Shown here: one piece after another, positions 32,391-43,200 of the stretch | How positions within the stretch are numbered: position 1 is the first letter of the stretch | Layout of the letters: every line of letters begins with the position of its first letter | NCBI GenBank assembly: GCA_963737655.1 | Contig: CAVTTN010000002.1 | Location: 2,624,001 to 2,688,000 of the forward strand | Reading direction: 5' to 3' | Source of the DNA: an uncultured Planctomycetota bacterium | GTDB lineage: Bacteria; Planctomycetota; Planctomycetia; Isosphaerales; Isosphaeraceae | Length of the DNA stretch: 64,000 bases | Program-made: the position numbers and the translations under genes | Notes under the pieces: generated by a model | Told to the model about the DNA's origin: nothing | The model's database searches: none | Seen by the model: the letters and a program-made list of their open reading frames with translations, nothing else

Positions 32391-35300
32391 TTACGGCTTT
32401 GGTGACATCGTGGGAGTCGTCCTGAGGCTGGCGAGGAACGCGATCAGATCGGCGAATTCCTCTTTCGAAAGCGTATCCACCAGTCCGGTCGGCATGAACG
32501 AGACGTCGCCGAGCCGTCGCTCGTCGATTTCCGTCTTGCGGACCCGCGTGACCCGGGCGTCCGCGTCGATCAGCTCCAGGTCGGTCTCGGTTTCGGACTT
32601 AAGTAGGCCGGTGAGGACCTTGCCATCGGTCTTCGCGATGAGAACCGGCTGATAGCCGGTCGCGATCCGGGCCGACGGTTCGAGGACCGAGCGGATGATC
32701 TCGGCGCGGTCATATTTCAGGGCCAAGCCGGTGAGGTCGGGGCCGACGGCCGCCGATCCTAACCCGATGGCGGAGTGGCACTTCACGCAACCCACGCCCT
32801 TCGGGTCGATGAAGATCGCGCGCCCCCGGGCCGCGTCCCCGGGGTGATTGGCCGCGAAGCTCCGGAGGTCATCGAGCGAGACTTTTCCGGCCTTCGTGGC
32901 GAACAACGTCTCGGACGGGTCCGAGACCTGGACGCTGAATGACCAGGAGCCAATCCCCTGCCGGGTCCGTAGCAGGAGATGGTTTGTCCCCTTCTTCAGG
33001 GTCACTCGGACCCGGTCGGAATCCGGCCGGTAGGCTCGACCGATGGAGTTGCTGCCATTAAAGACCGGTTTTTGATTGAGCTGGACGATTAGCGACCCGC
33101 TGGAGCCGATCAGGAGGAGCGCCTGGCGGTCCTGATCGGAACGAATCTCGGCGAAGGCGAACGCGGCGATGTCGGGCGAGCCGTTGGTGTCGTAGCCAAA
33201 CCCGCCCTTATCGCCGTGCCCCGCCTTGAAATCGTCCAGGAGGACCCGTCCGGTTTCGGTCTGAGCCTTTCGGGGGGTCCAGGAAATGGTTCGGCCCTCG
33301 AGGCCGGTTTGGGGACGGGAGAAGTCGATTGAAGGCTCGTTCAGATAGATCTGGGCCGTCGTCCGAGGGAACGGGCCGATGACTTTCCAGTCGAGAATGG
33401 GGGTGAACCGGGTCAGGATTCGCTCGACGGCCTCGGCTGCGGTCGGAGACAGAACCCCCGAGCGGGCCTGGACTTCGAGCGTGCCGGCCACGAGGTCGCG
33501 GATCGCCAGCAAGGCGGTTTCCCCGGCATTTCGAAGGTCGGGATTGCGGTCGGAGAGGGCTTTGAGGTAGATGGGCAAGGCGCGGGGGTCGGGCAAGATT
33601 GCGAGGGCGAGGGTGGCCTCGGTTCGGGTAGCGTCCTGGTCGGCGAGGGCGATCAATCGAGGGATGGCCTCCCGGGCCTTCATCGCGGCGCAGGCGGCGA
33701 TCGCGGCCTTGCGGACTTCGGAGGCCGGATCGTCGAGCTTGAGGGCGACCGCCTGGCGGGCTTCGGGCGGAGGGGGCTGCAAGGCGGTGGCCGAGGAAAT
33801 CGCGGCGATTCGGACGGCCGGCGAGGGATGGTCGAGGAAGCCGAGCAGGTCATTCGCCGGGACGACCCCGGTGGGTGCGAGCGTAACGAGCGCCCGGGCC
33901 ATGAGATCGGGATCGGCGGCCCGATCGTAAAGCAGCCCGAGCCGGGCCATCGCCGGCTTCCGCCCCGGAAGTTGCGCGAGGGCATCCAGGGCCGCCTCGC
34001 GGACCGATTTTGGCCGATTCGGGTCGGCCAACCAGTCCGACAGGGTCGGAGCGGCGTCGGTCGCGTGGAGCCTCCCCAGCGCCTCGGCCAGGATCGCCTG
34101 ATTCGCGGGGTCCGTCTCCGCCGCCAATCGAGCCAGAAAAGGCGGGATGGCCGCCGGCCCGGCCGGGGCGAGGCCGACCAGGGCCGCCTTGCGGACCCGG
34201 GGGTCGGGGTCGTTCGCCGCCTTGCCGAGCGCCGAGACCACCTGGATCATCCCCTCGGTGCTCCACGGCTTCGTTTTCCTCGGTTGGTCGCCCGCCAGGG
34301 GGTTCGTCCCGAACCAGGCGCCGGACCATTCCGGGTATTTGTGGTAAAGACCGGCCAGATTCGTCACGATTCGTTCGCGAACGGCGGCGTCGGTCGTCGG
34401 TTCCAGGGCCGCGGCGAGGGCATCGACCACGGCGACCGACCAGGCGTCCTCGGTCAAGGCGAGCGCGGCGTCTCGTCGCCTGGGATCGACGAGCGCGGCG
34501 GTTATTTTGGGCGTGTCCCAGGCTTTCATGGACCGAATCGCATGGGCAATCGACCATCCGGCGAAGCGGTCGGCGTCGCCGAGGGCGTCATAAAGGCCCG
34601 AGACTGCGGCCGGGTCGCCGATCTCGCCCAGGGCAATGGCGGATTCTCGGCGAACGGCGGGATCGGGGTCCTTCAGGAGCTTCACCAGGGCGGGGACCGC
34701 GGCGCGGTCCTTTCGGATTCCGCGGGTCTTCGCGGCCTGGCGGCGGATCTCCGGGTCGCGATCGTTCAGGGCCTTGCGAATCGCCTCGGCCGAGGCGGGC
34801 GCCTGTTGTTCGCTGAGGATCCACAAGGCATTGGTCCGTGCGAGGATCGGGCCATGGGTTGCGACGAAATCGACGAGATCCTTCGCGTCTCCATTGTCCC
34901 CTTTCCGGGCCCGCTGGAGGTCGAGCCGGACCGTTCGCGACGGGTGGCCGAGGTCGTCGAGACCGAAGCCCCGGGCGGGCGGCTCGCTCGGCCGGGGCCG
35001 ATCGGCCCCCTCGTAGGTGATCTTATAAAGCCGTCCCGTCTTCGGTCCCTGGGCCAGCCAGCCCGAGAAGGCCCAATCGACGAGGTAGAACCCATCGCCG
35101 TGAGGCGCCACCCCCAGCGAGAAGGGGCGGAAGTCGCTTACGTCCCCCTTGGAGACGAAAAGGGTCTTTTCCTTCAATTTGAAGGTCCCTCCCGCCTTCT
35201 CGACCTTGTAGCGAGAGACCTCCTGCAGCCCCCAATCGCAGAAGAAGAGGTCGCCGCGGTACTCGTCAGGCAGGCCGTCTTCGAGGTAGCAGACGCCCTG

Positions 35301-36107
35301 CGTGCCGGAGCCGCCGATCTGGCCAGCCAAAATAGGCAAACAAAGCCTGGGATGGCTCAAGAACTGATAGGGATACCCATAATGACCGCCGACGATGTGA
35401 TGGGTCAGGCTATTGGGCCATTTCTTGCTGTCGTCGTCGTTGCCGTAGGTGAAGACCTCGTCGAACGCATCGAGGGCGACCGAGAGCGGATTTCGCTCGC
35501 CGGTGGAGACGACCTGGAGGCCGGTCCCGTCGGGCCGGATGCGGATCACGCCTCCGCCCTCGACGCGGATCGTGGTGCCGTCCTTGCCGACGCCTTTCGG
35601 TATCCCCTTGTCTCCAAACGAGATGTAGAGAAAGCCGTCGAGTCCGAGCCGGACGCCCGAGGGGACGTGGTCGTTGATCCCGCTGAAGCCGGGGACGGGC
35701 GGGCCGAGGCCCGTCATGAGGTCGATCCGCTGGTCGGCCCGGCCGTCGCCGTCGGCGTCGCGGAACGCCGAGAGGAACGGGGCGTGGACGACGATCAAGG
35801 AGTCGCCGACCCATTCCAGGCCCATCACGCTCCAGAGGCCGTCGGCGAAAACCCGGGCCTTGCCGTCCTTCAGGGCGACCACGGAATCGATCGGCCGGGT
35901 CGGCGGGCCGGGCATGTCCATGGGGTCCTGGCCGAGATAGACCGTCCCATCGCGGGAAATGGCGATCGCGGTGGGATAGAGGATCTCGGGGGCCTGGGCG
36001 ACGAGTTCGATCTTCCAGGACGGAGGGACGCGAGGCAGGGGGTCGGCCGCCGGGACCGACGCGACGGAAACGAGCAACAGGGCCAGGATCGGGGCGGTCC
36101 GGCTCAT
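32391..36107 (-). CDS. PVC-type heme-binding CxxCH protein (beta-propeller dehydrogenase domain, HEAT repeats, cytochrome c)
   Basis: Signal peptide, DADGDGRAD, G.RNP, HEAT repeats, GCVKCH, GPDLT, SFMPTGL. Confidence 0.9.
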   Translation of the reverse strand: MSRTAPILALLLVSVASVPAADPLPRVPPSWKIELVAQAPEILYPTAIAISRDGTVYLGQDPMDMPGPPTRPIDSVVALKDGKARVFADGLWSVMGLEWVGDSLIVVHAPFLSAFRDADGDGRADQRIDLMTGLGPPVPGFSGINDHVPSGVRLGLDGFLYISFGDKGIPKGVGKDGTTIRVEGGGVIRIRPDGTGLQVVSTGERNPLSVALDAFDEVFTYGNDDDSKKWPNSLTHHIVGGHYGYPYQFLSHPRLCLPILAGQIGGSGTQGVCYLEDGLPDEYRGDLFFCDWGLQEVSRYKVEKAGGTFKLKEKTLFVSKGDVSDFRPFSLGVAPHGDGFYLVDWAFSGWLAQGPKTGRLYKITYEGADRPRPSEPPARGFGLDDLGHPSRTVRLDLQRARKGDNGDAKDLVDFVATHGPILARTNALWILSEQQAPASAEAIRKALNDRDPEIRRQAAKTRGIRKDRAAVPALVKLLKDPDPAVRRESAIALGEIGDPAAVSGLYDALGDADRFAGWSIAHAIRSMKAWDTPKITAALVDPRRRDAALALTEDAWSVAVVDALAAALEPTTDAAVRERIVTNLAGLYHKYPEWSGAWFGTNPLAGDQPRKTKPWSTEGMIQVVSALGKAANDPDPRVRKAALVGLAPAGPAAIPPFLARLAAETDPANQAILAEALGRLHATDAAPTLSDWLADPNRPKSVREAALDALAQLPGRKPAMARLGLLYDRAADPDLMARALVTLAPTGVVPANDLLGFLDHPSPAVRIAAISSATALQPPPPEARQAVALKLDDPASEVRKAAIAACAAMKAREAIPRLIALADQDATRTEATLALAILPDPRALPIYLKALSDRNPDLRNAGETALLAIRDLVAGTLEVQARSGVLSPTAAEAVERILTRFTPILDWKVIGPFPRTTAQIYLNEPSIDFSRPQTGLEGRTISWTPRKAQTETGRVLLDDFKAGHGDKGGFGYDTNGSPDIAAFAFAEIRSDQDRQALLLIGSSGSLIVQLNQKPVFNGSNSIGRAYRPDSDRVRVTLKKGTNHLLLRTRQGIGSWSFSVQVSDPSETLFATKAGKVSLDDLRSFAANHPGDAARGRAIFIDPKGVGCVKCHSAIGLGSAAVGPDLTGLALKYDRAEIIRSVLEPSARIATGYQPVLIAKTDGKVLTGLLKSETETDLELIDADARVTRVRKTEIDERRLGDVSFMPTGLVDTLSKEEFADLIAFLASLRTTPTMSPKP

Positions 36108-36277
36108 GGGCGAATCCCTTCGTCGTTCGGTCCGAAGATCCGAGGCTGAGGCGGGGCCTGGGATTGTAACGGCCGGGGGCGGAGGGCTCAACGCGGGGAG
36201 TCTGGAGGCCGGAGGCTCGGCGCGGTAGACTCCTGGCTCGGATGATTTGACCCGAGACCGGGACAGGAGTCGCCTCC

Positions 36278-36661
36278 GTGGCCCAGACGCCGATCCTTCC
36301 GACAATGCAGAACCCCTTGCGCAGCCCGACCTATCCCCAGAGGGTCCACATCCGCGAGCGGGCCCACTGGCAGGAAGTCCTGAAGACGTGGTCGGACCGG
36401 ATCGAGGCGGCGATCGCGTCGAATGCCTCGCCTTCGGAGCCGGCGCGGAAGTTATTTGCGCAGATGCTCGGCGCCCGGGACCAGATCTTTGACGCCGCGA
36501 GGCGGATGCCGATGGAGGTGGGCGACCTTTATGAGGAGGACCATCATCGGCTGGAGGAGGCCGTGGCGGCCCTGGAGAGGCTGTTCGAGAAGGGGAGCGC
36601 CGAGGGCTTGATCTTCCCGAGGGCGGCGGGGGTGAAGAACCTGGACCAGGACCGCTCGTAG
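36278..36661 (+). CDS. Hypothetical helical protein
   Basis: 127-aa ORF with RBS-like AGGAG upstream and normal amino-acid composition. Confidence 0.6.
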   Translation: MAQTPILPTMQNPLRSPTYPQRVHIRERAHWQEVLKTWSDRIEAAIASNASPSEPARKLFAQMLGARDQIFDAARRMPMEVGDLYEEDHHRLEEAVAALERLFEKGSAEGLIFPRAAGVKNLDQDRS

Positions 36662-36757
36662 GGCGAGGCGCCCGGATCGTCGCGACCGGACCTGGACCGG
36701 GCCGGTCGCGGGGGCTGGATCGTGGCGGAGGGGTCCGCGGGATGGTAAAATCCGGGC

Positions 36758-39700
36758 GTGGTCATGTCGCCGCGACCCGCCGGGAAGTCCGTCTCCGGCC
36801 GTCGGCGCGATCGGTCTCGGGCCGCCTCCGGGCCCGTCGAGCGAAGGCTTGCCCCCTTGCGCCTCCTCGCCTCGAACCGCCTGGCGTTCGCCTTGCTCCT
36901 CGGCCTTGGGGCCTCGTCCCGGGCCGACGACCCGCCCTCTCGCGGGCCGAGCGACCCTCCGCCGATCTACGTGATCGTGGACGCGCCGACGGACCTGGAT
37001 TCCCTGCTGAAGAAGCTGGGGCGGCCGGATTTCGTGATCCTCAAGGGCGGGCAGTACGATCGGCTCCGGGCCCTGGAGGCGAAGCCGCCGACGCCCGACC
37101 CGCCGAGGGCGGTGGTGGAGGCGGTCTCGGCCTCGGGCGAGGTCGTCGATGACCTGGCCCACCTGACGATCGACCTCCGGGTCTCGCTCGTCGGTCCCGA
37201 GCCGTCGTGGGTGCCGATCCGGCTGGACGGCCCGACGGTCCGCGAGGCCCGCGAGGGGGACCGCGCCCTGCCGTTGAGGACGGTGGAGGGCTCGTGGCAG
37301 GTCGAGGTCCGGGGCGAGGGGACGCACAAGGTCCGGGTGGACGCGGTGTCTCCGGTGCTGACGGTCCGCGGCCTGCCGGACCTCCGCCGGGTCGAGTGGG
37401 CGATCCCCGAGGCGGCGTCGACTCGCGTGGAGCTGTCGCTGCCGGCGGGGGCCTCGGAGGCGTTCGCGATCGGTGGGGCGTCGGGTCGCGAGCCCCTGGC
37501 GGTCGAGCCGATCGAGGCGGGACAACGGGGGCGGATCGCGGCGAGCTTGACGCCCCGGAGGCGCCTGGAACTCACCTGGAGGGCCGCGCCGGACCCGGGG
37601 CCGGTGGGGCCTCCTCTGCTCACGGCGGTGGGCGAGATCGCGTTGACCGTGGAGCGAGGATCGGTCCGGGCCCGGTCGTCCTGGGACGTGCAGTCGCAGA
37701 GGGGGACGGCCCGCCGCCTGGAACTGCGGATCGACCCGGCCGACGAGCTCGTGGCCCTGGAGTGCGACGGCCGCCCGGTCTCGGGCGAAGGGCCGGTGGA
37801 CCCGGCCTCGGGCACGGTGGTCGTCCCCTTGCCGGAGCCTCTCCGGCCCCAGAGCACGACCCGCCTGGTGGTGACGACCCGACGGGCGCTGGCCCCGGGC
37901 TCGGCCTCCCGGATGACCTATCGCGGGGTGCCGCTGGTCGGGGTGGCGTCCCAGAGAGGGGTGATCGCCGTCTCGGAGACCGGCGGCGACCCGTGGGTCA
38001 GCGGATCGGCCGGTCGGGGGCTTCGCCGGGTCGATCCCAAGGGCGAATTGACCTCCGGGCTCCGCAATCAACCGTCGATCGTCCTGGCCTATAGCTTCAA
38101 TGAGCAGCCGTTCGAGCTGGGGTTGCAGGTGGATCCCAGCCCTCCGTGGGTCCGGGCGGAGTCCCGGACGACGGTGATCGTCGAGCCCGGCCGGGCCCGG
38201 GTGGATTCGTGGCTGGAGTTCGCGGTGTCTCGGGGGCGGGTCTTCGAGGTCAAGATCGCGGTGCCTCCGGGGATGATCGCCGAGACGATCGGCCCCGAAG
38301 GGACGATCTCCGGGTTCGAACGGACCGACGACGAGGCGGGCCCGGCCCTGGTGGCCCGGCTCTCGGCCCGGGCGTCCGAGGACCGGGCGTTCCGCGTCCA
38401 TTTGACGGGCTCCCAGGCGATCGAGACGGCCGGCCCGGCGCCGGTGGAGGTCGGCTTGTTCCGCCCGATGGGGGTGCAGTCGCGGGGCGGGCGGGTGGCG
38501 GTCCTGGCGCCGAGAGACCTGGGCGTGGACCTGCCGGCGACGGCGTCCTCGGCGTTCGTCCCGGCGGGCCTGGAGCCTCCGGCCGGCTGGGACTGGCCCG
38601 CCGATCGCGGGGGCGCCCCGTTGCCTCCGGCCCTGTGGCTCCGTCATGACGAGGCGGCCAGCTCGTTGCCGATCAAGGTCACGCCCCGAGTCCGGTCGAT
38701 TCGCGAGGAGACGACCGTGGAGGCGAGGATCTCCCGGCGAAGGCTGGATTTGCGGCAGGATTCGTGGCTGAGGGTCGAGGCCGCCGCCCTGACCCGCGTC
38801 GATGTGGCCGTCCCGGCCGAGCTGGAGGGGCGGTGGGAGGCCGAGGGGACGGAGGTGGCCCGTCGCGAACCCCTCGGCCCCGGCCCCGACGGCGCCCCCC
38901 GCCACCGGCTGACCCTGGCCCATGAGGTGGTCGATTCGGTCCGCCTGAGGTTCCGATCGGTCGTGCCGATCGACCCCGGGCTCGCGCCGGACCGCTCGGC
39001 GCCGGTGGATCTGCCCCGGATCGCGATCCTGGGGACTTCGGCCGAGCCGCCCCGGGTCGTCGTCTCGGCCGACGAGGGCCTGGACCTCAGCCCGGAGGGC
39101 CCCGGCTGGGCCCCGCCGTTGGCCGAGGACTCGGGGGCGGCCCGGGACGGCGGCCCTCCCGTCCGCCTGGTCCGCTCCGGGGTGCCGGCCTCGGGGCCTC
39201 CGGCCCGGGTCCGGGCGTCGGCCCTGGCGACGGCCGACCTGCCGACGATCGTCGCATCGCGTTGTCTGCTGAGGACTTCGGCCGAGCCGGACGGTTCGCT
39301 CCGCACCTCGGCCCACTACCGGCTCGAAGTCCACGAAGGGGGCCTCTCGCTGAGCTTGCCCGAGGGGGCGATCCTCTCCCGGGTCCGCGTGGGGGAGGAG
39401 GCGGCCGAGGTCGAGCGGCTGGGGGACCGGCCGGGGAGCTACCGCGTGCCCTTGCTGGCCGGGACGACCGGCCCGGCGACCGTGTCTCTCGACTTCGCCC
39501 TGCCCCGAGGCGGCGACGTGTGGTCGGCGCCCCGGTTGCTGGAGGGCGGGGTGGTCCAGGAGACCCTCTGGGAGGTCCGCGTGCCGTGGTCCTCGGCCGT
39601 GCTCGGGGTGCCCGAGGGCTGGTCCGACTCCAACGAGTGGTACTGGGCCGGCTACGCCCTGATGAGGCGCCCGGCGGTCCCGGCCGAGGGGCTGCGGGCG

Positions 39701-40213
39701 TGGGTGGGGGCCTCGGGGGCCGGGACGGCCCTGCCCGAAGCCCGGGCGAGCACCCATCCGTACCTCTTCGCCCGAGGCGGCGATGCGCCTTCGATTCGCC
39801 CGACCATCGTTTCGCGGGCGATGCTGGTGGGGGCGTGCTCCGGGGCGGCCCTGGCCCTGGCCCTCGCCGGCCTGCTCGTCCGTCCTCTGGGCTCGTTCGC
39901 CTTCAAGACGGCCCCGGTGGCGATCCTGGCGGCCGGGGTGTTGGTCCCGGCGAACCTGCTGATCGTGGCGGGGCAGTCGGCGGCGATCGGGGCGGTCCTG
40001 GCGATCGTGGCGGCGGCGACCCAGGCCGCCGTGGATCGAAGGCGGCCGACCCGCCCGGCGTTTTCGGACCCCAGCGGCCTGCTCGTCGCGGCCGGAGGCG
40101 TGGGGCCGGCGGAGGTCGGTTCGGAAGGTTCGACGATCGTCCGCCCCCGGGCCGGGACGACCGCCGACCACCTGCCGGCTCCGGCGGCGTCCCGGCCCGA
40201 TGGGCCTCCCTGA
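36758..40213 (+). CDS. Large membrane-anchored hypothetical protein (beta-sandwich-like repeats, C-terminal TM helices)
   Basis: 1151-aa ORF with a signal-like hydrophobic stretch, alternating beta patterns and 3 hydrophobic segments near the C-terminus. Confidence 0.7.
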   Translation: MVMSPRPAGKSVSGRRRDRSRAASGPVERRLAPLRLLASNRLAFALLLGLGASSRADDPPSRGPSDPPPIYVIVDAPTDLDSLLKKLGRPDFVILKGGQYDRLRALEAKPPTPDPPRAVVEAVSASGEVVDDLAHLTIDLRVSLVGPEPSWVPIRLDGPTVREAREGDRALPLRTVEGSWQVEVRGEGTHKVRVDAVSPVLTVRGLPDLRRVEWAIPEAASTRVELSLPAGASEAFAIGGASGREPLAVEPIEAGQRGRIAASLTPRRRLELTWRAAPDPGPVGPPLLTAVGEIALTVERGSVRARSSWDVQSQRGTARRLELRIDPADELVALECDGRPVSGEGPVDPASGTVVVPLPEPLRPQSTTRLVVTTRRALAPGSASRMTYRGVPLVGVASQRGVIAVSETGGDPWVSGSAGRGLRRVDPKGELTSGLRNQPSIVLAYSFNEQPFELGLQVDPSPPWVRAESRTTVIVEPGRARVDSWLEFAVSRGRVFEVKIAVPPGMIAETIGPEGTISGFERTDDEAGPALVARLSARASEDRAFRVHLTGSQAIETAGPAPVEVGLFRPMGVQSRGGRVAVLAPRDLGVDLPATASSAFVPAGLEPPAGWDWPADRGGAPLPPALWLRHDEAASSLPIKVTPRVRSIREETTVEARISRRRLDLRQDSWLRVEAAALTRVDVAVPAELEGRWEAEGTEVARREPLGPGPDGAPRHRLTLAHEVVDSVRLRFRSVVPIDPGLAPDRSAPVDLPRIAILGTSAEPPRVVVSADEGLDLSPEGPGWAPPLAEDSGAARDGGPPVRLVRSGVPASGPPARVRASALATADLPTIVASRCLLRTSAEPDGSLRTSAHYRLEVHEGGLSLSLPEGAILSRVRVGEEAAEVERLGDRPGSYRVPLLAGTTGPATVSLDFALPRGGDVWSAPRLLEGGVVQETLWEVRVPWSSAVLGVPEGWSDSNEWYWAGYALMRRPAVPAEGLRAWVGASGAGTALPEARASTHPYLFARGGDAPSIRPTIVSRAMLVGACSGAALALALAGLLVRPLGSFAFKTAPVAILAAGVLVPANLLIVAGQSAAIGAVLAIVAAATQAAVDRRRPTRPAFSDPSGLLVAAGGVGPAEVGSEGSTIVRPRAGTTADHLPAPAASRPDGPP

Positions 40214-40248
40214 GTCGGCCCGCGATTCCGGCCCGAGAGGTCCGCCCG

Positions 40249-43200
40249 ATGTCCCGTCTCCATCGGCCTTTGCGCCTCCTTTTCCCGCTCTTCCTGGCGA
40301 TCGTCCCCGGCATGATGGGGGCCGGTCCCGAGGTCGTCCGGGTCAGCGTGCCGGCGGGCCGGGTCAAGGACGTGTTTCCTCCGGGAACAGAGATCCGGTC
40401 GCTGCCCCGCGACGAGTTCGAGGCACTGGTGAAGGAGGCGAGCCGGCGAGGCTCTCGGGCCGTCGAGACCGCGCCCGGGCCCTCCGCGCCCGCCATTCGG
40501 CCCGGTGGGAGGCCGGGGCCCTGGTCGGACGATCCGAAGTGCTGGTGGAAGGGGCCGTCGGAGGCGGCCCCGGCCTGGCGAGCCTGGATCCCTGGTCGCC
40601 GGCCCTGGCACCTTCGGGCGACTCGGTGCGATCGGGGCCCGACGGCCGGCTCGGGCGGAAGGTCGCGGCCCCGGGGCCCTCGACGGTCACCCTGGATTGG
40701 GAGCAACGGGCCCGGCCGGGGACCGAAGGCCGGGCGTTCGACCTGGCGTTGCCGGACCTCGCCGCCACGAGCCTGACGATCGACCTGCCCGCCGGCTGGC
40801 TGCCCGAGGCCCCGGGCACGCTCCGGCAAGGGCCCGCGCCGGGGTCGTCGGCCGATCGGCGGTCGTGGCGGCTGGACGGGCCGGGCGGGGCCTGGGCCTT
40901 GACGCTCCGGGGCGCCGACGGTCCCGGCGCGCCGGCCGGGCCGTCCTGGGTCTCCGGGACGACCCGGATCGACCTGGGCGAATCCCCCCCGCGATGGCAG
41001 GCCGAGTGGACCGTCGATCCGGGGAGCGCGGGGCCTCGCTCGTTCTCGTTCGAGCTGCCGCCGTCCCTGGAGTGGATCGACGCGGCGGGCCCGGCGGTGG
41101 CGACGAGCCGGGCCGAGCCTTCGGGGCCGTCGGGGACGGTGGTGACGGTCCGCCTGAGCGAGGGAGGGCCGTCGTCGGTGATCGTCCGGGCGGTGGCGAA
41201 GGGGCCCGAAGACGGCCCGTGGACGGTCCCGGCGGCGATCCCCAGGGACGCGACCTGGACCGGGGGCCGAACGGTCGTCCGGCTCGGGGCGGCCCAGGTC
41301 GTGGCGTCCTGCCGGGAGAGGTCCGGCCGCCAGGTCTCGCCCCGGGCCGACGAGGCCGAGACCGCCCGGGGCGGGACGATCCTCGCCTTCGAAGGCGAGG
41401 CGCCGGGCCCGGTGGCCGATCTGGTGATCCGCCGCCCGCCGACGGACGTCTCGGCCGAGGTCCGCGGGACCTTGAAGCTCGGCCCTCCCCGGATCGAGGC
41501 CGCCGTGACGTGGCGGGTGGACCGAGGGCGGGTCTTCCCGATGGCCCTGGACCTGCCCCCGGGCTGGGTCCTCCAGGGCGTCCGGCTCCGGGGCGAGACG
41601 GCGGAGACCGCCTGGCACGTCGAGGCCCGCCCCGGAGGAGGCGCCCGGCTGGTGGTCCGCCCCCCCGCGGCGGCCGACCCGGCGGAGCCGATCGTCCTGG
41701 ACCTCTCGGCCGACGCCCCGTCGTCCGCTCGGTTCGGGCCCCTGGATTTGCCCCGGGTCTCGCCGGTGGGGGTGAGGGCCGGCGACGAGGTCTGGACGCT
41801 CCGGGCCGATTCGGCGGTGGCCGTGGCGCCGATCCGGGCCCGGGGGCTGGCGTGGATGGACCCGGCCTCGATCGCGGCCGATCCCGCCGGCCCGTCGCCC
41901 CCGGTCGCGTCCCCTCCGCCGATCCTGGCCTGGCGGTGGACGGCCGCCGACGGCCGGGGCGTCCTGGAACGGAGGAAGGCCGCCGAGATCCGCACGGCCT
42001 CGGCCTGGGTCCGGGCCTCTCTCGACGCCGACCGCCTCCGCCTGGACCTCTTCGCCTCCGTCCCCGAATCCGGCGACGAGGCCACGACCGTCCTCCTCGG
42101 GACCGACTCGCCCCTGGACCCTCCGCCAGTCTGGGAAACTCAGGATGGACGTGCGGTCGAATCGGCGGCGATCCCGGAGGCCGAGAGGGCGGCGCTGGGC
42201 CTGCCCGCCGGAGGATCGGCCTGGAGGCTCCGCGTCCCCAACGCCGGGGCGGGCCGCCCGGTCCTCCACGGCCGATCCGATCGCAAATGGACCGGCCAGG
42301 GCCGTCTGCCGATCCTGGCGATGCCCGGCGCCGATTTCGTTCGGGGCGGAACGCTCGTGGCGGTCGCCCGGGGGATGCGCTCGGTCGTTCGCGCGGAGGG
42401 CCTCCGGGCGCTGGACCCCTCGGCGGCGTCGGCCGAGTTCCGCCGGTCGATCCGGCCATCGGGAAGCGGGGAATCGGCGACGGCGCCGGGGGCCAGTCCG
42501 GGCCGAGTCGCCCACGCCTTCGCCCCCGACGGCCGGGAAGGCTCGCTCCGGCTGGAGACGTCCACCCTGCCCGCCGAGGGGCGGAGTGGCCTGGTCGAGA
42601 GGGCCGAGCTGGAGACGGGGCCCGGAGGCGCGGGGCCGTCGCGGGCCCGGCTGACCCTGCGGATCGTCCCCGGGACCGAGCCGGCCCTGAAAATCACCCT
42701 GCCCGACGGCGCCCGCCTGGAACGGGCCCGGCTCGACGGGCATCCGATCGTCCCGTCCGAGACGAAGGGGGCCTTGCGAATCCCCCTGCCCCCGGCCTCG
42801 ACCGATGGCCGGACCCATGACCTCGTCCTGGACTACGAGACGGCCGCGGGCGATCCCGCGTTGCCCTCGATGTCCGTGCCCTGCCTGGCTTTTGGCTGGT
42901 CGCTGGACGTCCGCGGATCGCTCGACCTGGAGCAGGTCGGGCCGGGGTTGATCGACTCGACCCCCCGTGCCGGCCCTCCCGAGTCGCCCAGGATCCTCCC
43001 CGGCTCGGCATGGTCGAACGCCCCTCCCGAGGCGACGAATCCGGCGATCCTCTCCGACCTGGACGCCCGGGCCCGGCGAATCGCCTCGTCCGGGCTGTCG
43101 CTGGGAGACTGGCTGACCCGCCTGGATTCGAGCCGATTTCCTTTGGTGATCGATCGCCGGGCGATGGAGGGCCTGGGTCTGGGGCCGAAATCGTCGCTTC

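Noticed and set aside
30502..36107. Dedicated TlpA-cytochrome c maturation pairing
   Set aside because: The genes are convergent and both families are highly expanded in planctomycetes; there is no evidence beyond adjacency.
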